A stretch of DNA of 64,000 bases from Chrysomallon squamiferum (lineage: Eukaryota; Animalia; Mollusca): the NCBI GenBank assembly GCA_012295275.1, contig CM022673.1, forward strand, positions 26,660,001 to 26,724,000. The letters are read 5' to 3'. Each line of letters begins with the position of its first letter. The first letter of the stretch is position 1. The notes beneath the pieces were generated by a model. The model searched no databases. It was not told where the DNA came from and saw only the letters and a list, made by a program, of their open reading frames with translations. A program made the position numbers and the translations under genes. Positions 1 through 13,104 of this stretch are shown piece after piece.

Positions 1-1399
1 CATTAATCAATAACAGGTGACGAATGTTTGGGTTTGTAATATCCTATTTTTAGAGATATGACAAAAACAGTCCCTCGATTATTAATTTAATTGTATTTTG
101 TATTCTTTGTATCGCCAAGTTTTATGATGAATGTTACGACATTTAAATTGATATTTTAATTATCTACAAATTAAATTTTCAGTATTTTAGTGCAGAAATA
201 TACAGCCAGATGACAAGATTAACATTTACTTGTCAGACTGAACGTTAATGGAAGATATTTTGTTTGAAACTGATACTGTTATTAAACATAAAATTGAATT
301 TTAATCTCATATTTATTACTTTTAGTATTATTTAATTTCTTCATGAGACATCAAACGATTCCGTCATACACTTTTATTTTAATTTCTATCAACATTCAAT
401 TTGATGAATTATAAAAAAAAAAAAAAATAAAAAAGCAGTTTTAGCTAACAGCATTTACAGTAATTTATTTTTATACCAGACAGGTTATTACATTATTTAT
501 GAATTCTGGGACTCTCGCAGTTATTTGTTTTAATACATTTAGTACGAAGAACAACTTGTTAGTTTTTGTCGAATTCCCACAAGGCTGGGACAGATTACAC
601 AGATGTCTAGACATTTAAAAAAATAATAATAATAACTTGCTACAAGACACATGTCTTCATGTTAGAAGTGAAAAAAACAACTAAATTTCAGTACTTTGAT
701 CTTGGATATAATTAAAAAAAATTTACTTTATTTATACATACATACATACATACTTTTTATAACTGTCACTAAAGACTACAAGGTAGGTAAAATGTAAAAA
801 GTGCACACACACAGAGATAGATATGTCTGTTTGAATGTGTGTGTGTGTGTGTGTAGGTATATAAATATATATGAAATTTTATTTTGTACCTTGTTATTTA
901 AGATCCAATGTCTGTTTTAGTACTAAATTAGGCTATTTTAGTTTTTGATAGGTTCTTGTATTTTAATTCATAGCCAGTACTGTACTAATACAAATGAGTT
1001 ATGTGTTCTTTTCTTTTCTTCTGACTGTTTGGGTTTTGTTTTTGTTTTTCATTTTATTTATTTCTTTCAATGAATCTTGTCTTGTGTCTGAAGTTATATA
1101 TATGCATCTTGATGAATAACGATTCTTTACTCTGTATTCTATTGAAGTTTATTGTTATTTATTGGCCTAAGACAAGAATAAATTAGATTAAAAATCAAAC
1201 TGAGAAACTATATTATTTGCAAGACAGTTTATTGGAATGCCTTTGATACAACTGCTTGTCAACCAAATTTTTATTTTTTTTATTTTTTTATTTATCTTTA
1301 ACTGGTTTTTATTTTATAAAGAATTCATACCCAGAGGACTTTTGGTTGGATGTTTTTTCATTTATTTATTTTAATTTTTTTTTTTTTTTACCTCTCGGT

Positions 1400-1880
1400 G
1401 AAATATGAGATATTGTTTAGCAATAATACTTGAAAATCTCAGAAAATAATTGCCGTGGTTGTCTGTTGTTTGACATTTAACTATTTTTCACTTTGTATAA
1501 AACTCATTGCCAGTGAATGTTGCTGTGTTTTTGGAGAAAAAAATTTCATTGAAATATGAGTTTTCTTGTTTAGGAACAAGACTAGAAAATCTCAGAAAGA
1601 ATTGCCTAGCTGTATCGGTCCATTATTTGAAATTTAATTGTTTTTCACTTTGTGTAAAACTTGTTCCCAGTGAATGTGGTTTTTGTCATTGAAATATGGT
1701 TTTGTCATTGTAAAAATATGAGTTTCCTTGTTTAGGAACAATACTAGAAAACCTCAGAAAGAATTGCCATTAGTTGAAGCTGTAAAACTCAGAAAGAACT
1801 AGCTACATTAGTTGAAGTTTAATCGGTGCATTAGTTGAAGTTTAACTATTTTTCACTTTGTGTAAAACTCATTCCCAGCC
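1400..1880. repeat. Degenerate tandem triplication, ~150-bp unit
   Basis: AAATATGAG..TTGTTTAG..GAAAAT/CCTCAGAAA..AATTGCC..TTTTTCACTTTGT.TAAAACT..CCAG recurs at ~1401, ~1551 and ~1713. Confidence 0.8.
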
Positions 1881-3265
1881 AATTTGACTGTCTCCCTCCC
1901 CACCTCGAAGATGAAGCAGCACTCTAACTAATTGCGCTGATTGATGCAGAATCGCTCTGGCTGCGAGATTTGGGGAAGATCATTGAAGTGGCAGTTGTTT
2001 TTAAGTCCCTCTTCCTCTGTCTTTACACAAGTGATCGATCACCAGACTTATAGACACTACAGAGAGTTTTTATTGAAAACTCATCATGACCCGCACCCAT
2101 TTCCTGATGATAAATTGAAAGTTACTGCAAGCTGTCTTAAAATTAATGCTTTCTGATTCCAATTTCCTATTATTGTTTGGTCTGTTTCGGTTATTAATGT
2201 CACCGGCATTGTTGTTGTCATTAGTTTTTCGTAACCACAAAATTTTCTGGTGGGTAAGCTGCAGAATACATCATGCAGAATTAAAACAACTATCCGAGGA
2301 CTAAATCCAATACATCCTCAGAGATATTTCCTCGGCAAGTGGAGATAAATTCTTCTTTATTTAAAAAAAAGTTTGAGGTTGTCAGGATTAAGACAAGTGC
2401 ATCAGACCAGACCAGTCTGTCCAGATTTAAATGTCGGTGATAGTGATAAGAATGTAAAACAACGTTTGATGTGTGGCACATCATTAATACCTGTTTAATT
2501 AATTAAATACATGTTTACTAGCATAGTAAAAGTTATTCATTCTGAAGACAGAAAGATATGAATCTTTTTTTTATTAGTTGACATTTTTTTTTGTCTTCTT
2601 TCTCAAATATACTTGTTGATGAAATCTACCCTAAACCCTTTATTTGTGTTTATAAATTGGGAATACAAGGGAACGCTATTGGTGTGGCAGATAAAATTTT
2701 AGTAATTATAAAAAAAAAAAACAGAGACAACTTTTTCAGCCATTTATAAAGTTGTATGGTTGAGCATGCTATCATGAACATACACTGTTAGAGACTAAAT
2801 AACTTACTTCCATTAAACACAAAATATTTGATTTTTCTTCCTGATCATAGTTACCAGGCTTAGAGATAATTGGGATTCTACAGTATAAAATAGAAACTCG
2901 AGCCTTTCGGAAAATTCTGGAGAAAATGAAAATAAATCCTTTCCTATTACAGTATTTGTGTATTCATGTTTTATTATCTTTTCATGAATTTGATATCTGT
3001 TGGGAAAAAAAAAAAAAAAAAAAAAATGGCTTCACTTGTAAGATCCTGTACAGATTATCCACACAAAAAATCTTGACAGATACTTCAGTGTCTGTGATAT
3101 CTTTTATTAATACTAAAAGTGTCAGCTTAATTCTGTGGAATACATAAATGTTCCAAATTGTGAAATGAAAAAAAATGAAGAAGTGTTTTACTTTAAAAGT
3201 GCACTGAACACATTTTTAATCTGTCAGTTATTTTGTATAAAACATATGATTAAGGACTATGCAGA

Positions 3266-3267
<2 letters not shown>

Positions 3268-3310
<43 letters not shown>

Positions 3311-3320
3311 TTTGTATTTC

Positions 3321-3366
<46 letters not shown>
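3268..3366. repeat. Compound (GT)n/(GA)n microsatellite, representative of dozens of SSRs in the window
   Basis: Read directly. Similar tracts at e.g. 3679-3733, 7400-7440, 20403-20461, 29064-29155, 42120-42179. Confidence 0.95.
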
Positions 3367-3370
<4 letters not shown>

Positions 3371-3409
3371 TAAGTGAGTGGGATCTCTATTGTGCAATAA
3401 ACCACAATT

Positions 3410-3515
3410 TTTGGATTAGCAGCAAAGGATATTTTATGTGCACATTCCCATGTACTGCAAAACAGACCCCTTTGATAAAACCAGCCACTGAGCATTGACA
3501 GGATTAAATAGAATA
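3410..3515. mobile_element. Degenerate SINE-like dispersed repeat fragment
   Basis: TTAGCAGCAAAGGATATTTTATGTGCACATTCCCA..CTTTGATAAAACCAG has weak relatives at ~37190-37260 (same orientation) and ~10545-10665 and ~16010-16250 (opposite). From memory it resembles an abundant gastropod SINE core; not verified. Confidence 0.35.
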
Positions 3516-3675
3516 ATTCAACAAACGTGGAAGTAATGCAAAGCAGAAAATTACATCTAAGACCTGAAAAATTACAAAAATGAGTTTTTTTAAATAAAAT
3601 TTATGTCAGTTTTAATTTTTTTTACATTAGTGATGTATTTCAAATATATATCTTTTATACATTATATATGTCTTC

Positions 3676-3738
<63 letters not shown>

Positions 3739-4011
3739 AAAGCTGTGACATCACTAACGAGGAAAATGAAGGCTGGAGATTATCATCATCACAGATGTAC
3801 AGATAGTTCTTTATAATAGTTGATGAAAAGAAGAGTTAGGATGTAATACAAACAGCACATGCTGCTTGTCACTGTATTCTGATCAATACAACGAATTAAC
3901 TGTTGTTAATGACACTGCAGTAAATTTTAATATTAACTGTTATTAGCTGTTTTGACCACGGGACATTTGTGTAATTAAACAACACAATGCCAGCAGCATT
4001 AATAGTGTGTT

Positions 4012-4044
<33 letters not shown>

Positions 4045-5192
4045 CAGTGGGAAATAAGTAGAAAAGCAATAGAAGCATATGTTGCATCAATTATACATTT
4101 ATGAATTTTTAAGTGGCATTACATTAAATTTTATATTATGTGATACATTTGTCATATATTTACTTATAATATAGATTTTTCCTTCATAGATGTATAAAAA
4201 TCTGCTTGCAGTTGCAGACCAAAGTATTAAAAAGGTTTTATCATTTTATTTCCATAATGAAGCCATTTTATTCAGTTATTAGAGGGTGACAGGATTTATT
4301 CGGATAATTCCCATTCTAACACGTGGCCACAACTGATAAATCAGGTAGGAGCGGCGCATTGTGTGACATCAGATTTCCTTTCTCTCGTTGGTGTATTATA
4401 TTAAACACCCAGTATGACACACACAATTATGTATTTAAAAAGTGTCGAGTGCCTTGTTTAATAAAATATATCTTATTTCCTTTTATGTTCACAGTTGTTT
4501 CATTTGTCCGTTCGAGTCGGTAAGAGAGCAATTTGATTCATGATATACTGCGTGAAATCATTCATTATGGTGTATACAGAAATCAAGTGGACAATAAAAT
4601 GTCTGATTACTGTTTTAATTATATGTAAATAAATTATCAAGATTTATTTTTTATTTTTTTTTTTTTTTTTTTTTTACCAGAATAGTAATAATTTTATTTT
4701 ATGATAAGCGCATATTTGTATTAACTGAAGTTCCATATTTTATCTGATTTTTCCTCATTTTAATTCGTTTCAACATTTCTATCTTTCTCGACTTTGTCTC
4801 TGTCTGTCTGTCTGTCTGTGTGTGTGTGTGTGTGTGTGTGTGAATGTTTATCTACCTATTTGTCTTAGCACGTAAGACTCTAAATCACCTTGTTCCAAAT
4901 CATCCTGCTTTCTGTTTATGCTTTGAAACACTGTTATCTAATATACATCTCATAAATGAGTCGTTTCGCAGTATAAGAAAGCTATTCCCAAACAAATGAT
5001 CAGAAAATTAAATCTTGCCTCAGACTTTGCGTAGAAATAGACTTTTCACGAAGATCTTGAAATACGTCATTAGCAAGTTGCGTTAACGAGACTTCGCATT
5101 TCCTTTTTCCACGGAATTGGACGTCTGCATGGAACTCGCAGACATTGGTTGTCATTTTTAGGCGACATTAGCATTCTTTAGAATTTGTTTTA

Positions 5193-5226
<34 letters not shown>

Positions 5227-7397
5227 GAAATCTGAACAAGACATTTTTAAAAGTGACGTTTTATTACGAACAGACAATGTAATGTGTTTGAAAGTAAAGA
5301 TAATGAAAAGTTCTCTGTGCTGGTGTTTGTTTGTGTTTTTTTTGTTTTTTCTGGTGTGTGTGTGTGTTTTTAGATTTTTTTTTTTTTTTTAAATTCATCC
5401 CTTAAAGTAGTAATTCTCTCCTTGTGGATTTTCATGAAGTTTACCAGACATAATCAATGAACTGTGGCAGGAAATCAAATCTAATGTGAGAGGAGAAAAT
5501 GGGCATCTTTGATCTGTTCTTCGGCGAATGAATGTTTGTTTAATGGTTACTTCGGCATATATTTAAATTAATGCTGTTTTTCTCTCTTTTTGTTTTTTTT
5601 TTTTTTTTTTTTTTATTCCTTTTTATTTAAAAAAAAAAAAAAATAGAACTTTTTTTCTTACTAATGTGGTTTTTTCCAGTTTGAACCAGTTTGAGCTATT
5701 TTTGCTGCAAGAAAAAGGATTTTTTATTTACAAATGTGTGTGATTTTGACATATTGTAATGTATGTGTAAGTTTATTTGTATGTATATGTGTGTGTATAT
5801 ATATATATATATATGTCTATATGTTACATACATATCTATGTTTATGGATTGTAATATACATACAGCATGTAAGTTTTTTTTAAAGTTTTGAAATTTAAAA
5901 AACTGTTATTTCAAACTCTTTAAACATTTTAATCAATCAGAAATATCTTTTATTTGAACAGTTAAGACATTTATACATGCTTACATATATACAACAAAAA
6001 AAACAACAAAAAAAAACAACCCCTCACCAACAACAACAATTAACTACATTGTCCCAGCATTTTCAAAAGAGAGAAGTGAATGAAGTATTTAATACATTTT
6101 CAAAAATGTTCTCAATCCTATTACACATTCACGTGTATACCATTTTCTAAGAAGAACACTGGCCTGTTTGTCTCCAGTTATTTGCGTGTTAAATATTTGA
6201 TTTTCTGCTTCTGCCTTCCACAACAAAAACAAGACTTGCTTGCTAGCTACTGAAATCTTCATGCTAAACTCTTCATTAGAATCTGTGCTAATCATTTAAA
6301 AAAAAAAAAAAAAAAAAAATTGTTTACATCACTTATCTGAATAACTTCTCCTTTCTGGAAGGGCTTGGAAGAATAATTGGCTTTGTATAAGTAAGTTGTG
6401 TCTAATCTGCAGTGAAGCTTTGTGACTTGATATTGATTGCAGATGGACACAAGAGTCTTTCATTGTCATTAAGGTTAATCTGTAAGATGCAGGTATCAGG
6501 TGTTGTCAGCTGGACACTGCTGGACATTGCTGGACACTGCTTAACATCCATAATTAAATACACACGACGTCCATTTTGTCCTCTTACAGTTTTGTTAAAA
6601 TCAGAAAACTGTTTTCGTTTTAGATATTATTGTTGCTGTTATTGTTGTTATTATAATTATTTATTGTTATCATTATTGTTATTGTTGTTATTATTTTTTA
6701 TATTTATTATTTTTATTATTGTTGTTAATATTTGAATATTTGTATCTTAGAGTAAAGACTCTTTTGATAAATTGAATTTTCTAGTTATGTTAATTATTAT
6801 AGTCATATTTCTGTTTTGAAAGCTTGATGTAAAAGCATTCTGTTGAAACTTCTTTTTTAAATGTAAACCCAATGTTTTAGCTTTCAGATCCAATACATTC
6901 TCTCAATCTTCAGTCATAATTAAAGAAAAAAATATATATTTTAAAAAAAGAAAAAGGAACTAAATAATTAATAAAAAATAACATTCATATTTTCATTTTA
7001 ATTGAAAAAGACACACTATTCTTATCATACTGACTGTAATTTAATTTAATACAAACATTAACTTTCTTTCATTTATTAACCTCGACAGTTTAAATTTTTT
7101 TTTTTAAATCACCTATTTTTTTAAAATCACCTATTTTCTGTGAAAACAGAATTAACTGAACCGCACTGTGAAAACAATGAACCAAACTAAACTATTAAAA
7201 AAAAAAAACGGAAAAAAAAAAAACCGTAATATAAAACCAAAACGTGAACTGGGACAATTTAAACACGATTATTTGGTCACTGCTTTCACGATTTTTCTCT
7301 TTCTTGTTGATCAGCTACTAAAAGGATGATTTTCTTTTTTTTTTTCCCTCATTAACAGAATCTCCCTGTGGCTGTTGTGACTCATTTGGTGACATTG

Positions 7398-7443
<46 letters not shown>

Positions 7444-8665
7444 TAATTTTCAGTTATTTACCGTAGACTAAGAACAGCAGTTTTAGCATCTGCTCGTGAA
7501 TTATCTGTTAATAATACTACACGTGTTCGAGATAAGGAAAATTATCAGTAATGACGTCCTTATCAATATGTTTATTGATTTCAGTTGAAGGATTTAATGG
7601 TTTGTGGTCTCATTTCCTTGCTGATCAAACACATTTACAAGTTAACATCATTTTATTGTGTATCAGGCTTATAGTCATAACACTTCAGAGCAGGGTAATA
7701 CGACACGATTTTCTTTATCTGCACTGTCATGAAAAACTGGTCAGACAATGATGATGATGATGATGACGATGATAATAAATAAATAATAATGATTTAATTA
7801 TGACGTTGATAATGTAATAATCATAATATAGTAATCATAACAATAGTAAATGAATAAAATTCATAGTAATCTGGTTACTTTATATATATATATATATATA
7901 TATATAGCTATATATGTTTCTTGGATTTAGAAAGAGAAACAAAAAATTATATGATGTTATTCTCACATTTTTTGATTTGAAAAAAAACAAACAAAAAAAA
8001 AAGAACAAATAAATCATACAAACAATTTCATTTTATTAGAGGGATGGGACAACTGAATACGTGGCACCTTTCTCTGTCTGAATATTAATGAACAGTGTTA
8101 AAGCTGTCTGGAGATTTCACACGTTTAAAATCACGACACAGTCAGTACCAGAGAATCTTTCAGTGTTGATCGGAGTCTTCATGTCCTGCAGTCAAGTGTC
8201 AGAAGTGTCTTTGAAACAGGAATCGCTTACTGTTTTGAAATTCTGAAAAGTAGTGTGCAGAAAGAAGCGTATCTTGACATTTTGAAAATTAGACTAGGTC
8301 TGAAAGCAGAAACAGTTCGAGTTTAATTCTACATAAATGAATAGCATTTTGTAACAACGACTGCTTGTATAAAGAGATAAAAAGAGAACAAGCCAAAGAA
8401 GGTAATTATCTTTGTAGATAGATGTACGTTTGTTTTCGTCTTGTTTTAGTTACTGCTGCGTTTGTTTCAGTCCCAGAATGCATTTGTCGGAAGGATTATC
8501 GTGATGACCGTTTAATGTGTCATTTATGTATGTTTGTCTTTTCTACAGGTTAAATATAAATAATATGAAAAGTTTATAAATTTCAGGCTTTATAATTAAA
8601 ACACACTCACACACACATATACACACAGACACACACACAGACATTCACACAGACACACACACAGA

Positions 8666-8704
<39 letters not shown>

Positions 8705-9859
8705 ACAAAAAAATAAAATAAAAATCCTCTGAAAATAATTAAACAAACTAACTGTACATTAGTTTAATTTAGTTTAAGAAATTCTAACTTCAGTTAAAAA
8801 CAGCAATGTCATCCTATTGACAGTACAATACATTAATTGAACTTTAGTCAAGTATTTAGCCACCTGTGAATGTCACAACAAGATCATTGATTAAAAATGT
8901 TTTATTTGCTTTTTACTAATTAAAACATTTTGTTTTTCTTTCTTTAATAAAACCTGTCTTTAATATTGCACCTTATATTGACTCAAGGTATATTTGAGTA
9001 AAGCAACATATCAAAAACAAAACAAAAGAAATATTTGTTTTGTCTTCAAATGCATATTCACCTCGCAGTTTGAACACCATAATTCACATTTAACTTTTTT
9101 AATATTTTGTCTCCTGCTGTTTGTTTCCTGCCTGTTATTGTCTGTTGTTTTCTTCGATATCTCTCTCTGATTTTTCTTATGACATCAACATGTCTCAGAA
9201 AACATTTTGATTTATTTATTTTTTTTTTTTTATTTTTTTTTTTTTTTTTAAAGTTTAAGGATATACAGATACGAGTTTTAAACAGGAACTGCTGTTGTTG
9301 TGAATTATATGTTTTTTTTGTGTGAAAGTGTGGTGAGTTGGGTAATGTAAACACTGCTGTCATTTTTAAAATTATTTTTATTTCCTAACAGTTTAATCTT
9401 TGTACAAGTGAATGCAGAGTGTCAGTTCAGATTTCAGATGTTTAATTTATGTGTGAAATCTGATACAACTAATATGCCGTTTGAAAAAGTTTTTATCTTT
9501 TATTTTTTTATTATTATTATTTATTTTTATTTATTTCAATTTTTTTCTATATGCTAGTAAAATAAAAAATGATGTGGTTTTTAAAAGATGTATATCATTG
9601 ACACGTTCAAGAACAAAATTTTTTTTTTTTACATTATTATTATTTATTTTTAATTTATTTTATTTGCTTGTAAAATAAAAAATGACTTGGTTTTCAAAAG
9701 CTATATATTGATATGTTCCAAAATATAAAACATTTTAAATTTTTTTTTAAATTTTATGAAGTCCGAAGTGAGGTCTTTGAATAAATAAATATGCAACGTT
9801 AAACATTCTAACTCTTAAAAGTCATCAGTGGCATGAAACTAGAATCAGTATTTGCTAAT

Positions 9860-10260
9860 TATAATTATTGATCTTGCTTTCGGTGATCAGTTTTGCATTA
9901 ATATTCACATTATCAAGACCTCACCAAACACTGATGAACAACCTGGAAGCTTTGTTGAACCCAGTCTGTGAATGGGATGTTTTATAGCTCTGTGTGGTTG
10001 TGTTCTCCATAAAAATGCTTCTGACTTGGCCCAGTGAAACAGCTATAGGATATCAAAGAATATTGATGTTAGTGATTCCAACATGTTGCCGTATTGTGAG
10101 GAGTTGGCTGCTTGCTCTTCAACATGCTTGCAAATCAGATATCTCTCATTACTCACTCACTTACTCTGGGTGGAACATCACAACATATTTCCTATCTTTG
10201 TCATCCAGGAAACAAATGTGTTGCCAAATGCTGTTGGATTTATTCACAAATCTTCAGGTT
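9860..10260 (-). mobile_element. Highly degenerate 3' end of a CR1-like LINE ORF2
   Basis: Minus-strand fragments read VNKSNSI..FLDDK, GNMLE, TTQSYK..HRL, ISVW*GLDNVNINAK, ESKINN. This is collinear with the CR1-clade C-terminal pattern KANR.LG..FLD / GDMIE / TRGHSYKL / INVWNSLP..VVNAK / FKSRLD, with stops and frameshifts. Confidence 0.45.
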
Positions 10261-12248
10261 TTTTTGTTTTGTCTGCAGATGTTTCTGTAGTCACAGCTCC
10301 AGTCCAGAATGTTTTGGGTGTTGATTGTGTAGGACCAACAATTATTAATAATTTAAAATATATATGTATATATATATATATTTAATTTTCCTCTTATTGT
10401 TAATTTCAGTTTATTTATTGCTTAATGCTTGAAGTGAAAAAATGCTGGCAGGAGACAATCATATAGAATCATTTTCTGTTAGGCTAATTTTGTAATTTTA
10501 ACTGTTTGGTGATTAAAGTGTTTGACTGACACATGGCTGGCTATCTGATCAATCCTCCACAGTGCAACTCCTGAACTTTTTCTCATTCCAGCCAGGGTAC
10601 CAAGACTAAATTTTTCTGTATGAGAATGTATATATATATATATATATATAAAACATCCCTCACTTCAGATCATAAAATTCTGGTTCATCATATTCACTAT
10701 TATGTTATTGATCCTAAACTGTATTGCGTGCATGTAGACATATAAACCAACCACAGATTAAAAAAAAGTGTTTTGTTCATAGCTGAATAAAATATTTCTT
10801 TTTTCTTTGTACTTTCCCTGTTAACTTCAAACACGCAGACCAACAAGCAAACAAAACCTCTAGTTTGATTTTCCACTGACTGAACATAGACAGAAAAATA
10901 CAACCCCCCCCCACAAAAAAAAAAACCACAAAAAAAAATCCTGTGGTAATGAACAAAAAGAAGCACTCAGCCAGTATGTAAACTGTTCTATTGTAGTTTG
11001 GACATTCTCCTGGTAATAGCAACATGTTAGGCTGTAAGCACCATGTGGCTGTATTCCGGTAATAACAGTAAATTTCCTCCCTGGAGGGATATGCTTCACA
11101 GAGCCTGTTAAACAGTGTTAGTGATATTAGCATGAGGGACAACAAGAGCGATATTGTTTCTCGTAATACAGCCCGTCATTCATACGCATTATTACTATCA
11201 TTATTATCAGCTTCCCTGCTCCATAATACATGTGTTCAGAACATAAAATGCTTTCTTGCACATGAATGCACCAATGAATATTTTTGCTTATCAGTCAAAA
11301 AGGAAAAGCAACAACAACAACAACAACAAAGAATTCTCTCAATTCATTCATAAGATATTTTGTATAAAATTTTTATTTTTTTTTTTTTGAAAAACGTCTA
11401 AAAAATTTTTGTTTTTTATTTTATCTTCGTGATGTTTTTATTCTTGTTACGTGTGTGCTGACTAAAGAAATGTGTGGAAATGTTCTACAACTCTGAGCGT
11501 TAAAGAGATTACTTACCTCAGGCGTTCGTTGCAGACATCCCTGTATCTCGACATGCACACACATTTCCTGTCTCGTGCTCACACTGTCACTGCGAGAAAT
11601 CAAATAATATTTACCTATTTCCATCTTCAATTCGTTCCGAGTTTTAAAGAAGATGGAGAAAAAAATAAATTCAATTTAAGAATCCTTCCCAAAACACCAG
11701 TTGTATTGTTGCTTTTTTTTTTTAGTTTAAACATATTTTTTTTTTTAGAAATGCTGTTCATTATATATTCACATACATACATACATACATATATTTATTT
11801 AATTTAAAAAAAAAAAAAATGAAATCAAAAACAAATTAATTACAAGGAAAATAATGAAAAAACAAACAATAATAATAAAAATGATATAAAACAAAAATAC
11901 ATAATCTTAAAAATACATTTGATATGCATGGTGCAGTGGAGCATGTAACATAATCTCCTGCTCAGTAATTTACAGACATAAAAATACAACACAGTCATCA
12001 GTCACCTTTGTCTCAGTAATTGTTTTTTTTTTCTTGTGTATCATCAGAGAACAAAATTACACCTCAGTAGATTAAATGTAAATTGCACAGGTAATCAAAA
12101 AGTCATCAGAGTTCTGTCTTTCTGTGTTTTTTTTTCTCTCTCTCTCTTTTGTCTCTCTATTTTTCTATATATTTATCATGTATATATATACACACACACA
12201 TGCATATATGTATGTATGTATGTATGCATGTATGTATGTATGTATGTA

Positions 12249-12283
<35 letters not shown>

Positions 12284-12839
12284 GTATAACACATATATAT
12301 TATATATATATATATGTATGTATAATGTATATATATTTATATGTATATGTATGTATATATAATGTATATTATAACTTATTTACTGGAAATGATGTTTGTT
12401 TTTCTAGAACTGATTTGTCTTAGTCTCAAGTTGTTAACTACTGAGGTGTAGGGAATCATAAACAAATGCAGTACACTGGGGGGGGGGAAGATATGTGACT
12501 ATAAATTTTACATCAATTGCAACTCCTCTCAACGTGCTGGCAGTATTTTCTTTGACTGAAACTTTCAGAGCACTTCATTTGAGAGTCTCAAGTATGTTTC
12601 TGAAGATAGCAGCATGTATTAAACAAGAACCAAAAGTCAAGCCCTGTCATTTAAATGTGTATTTAATGTATGTCGGTATTTTTGCTTTTGTAAATAAAAT
12701 TTACAGTAATGCTGATAATAGTGCACTTAATGAGCTAGTTTGCTGTTTAATAAAAAGCATGATTTACATATGAGAGGCAAAATGTTACAAGCATTAAGAT
12801 CTGTTGGATATTGAGAGGAAGGTTTTTTTTGGAAGGGTT

Positions 12840-12871
<32 letters not shown>

Positions 12872-13072
12872 TTAATTTATTTATTAATGCTATATATATA
12901 ATTTTTTTTATTTTTTTAGGATATGTTAATGGTCACTAACAAAATTTAGATGGTGTGGTGAGCATACATAATAAAGAAAAAGCTAAAAAAATAAACAAAT
13001 TAACAACACTGAGAATAACAGTGTAATAATTTATGTACAAAAAAATTAAAAAATAATAAGTCTAATAAAAAA

Positions 13073-13104
<32 letters not shown>

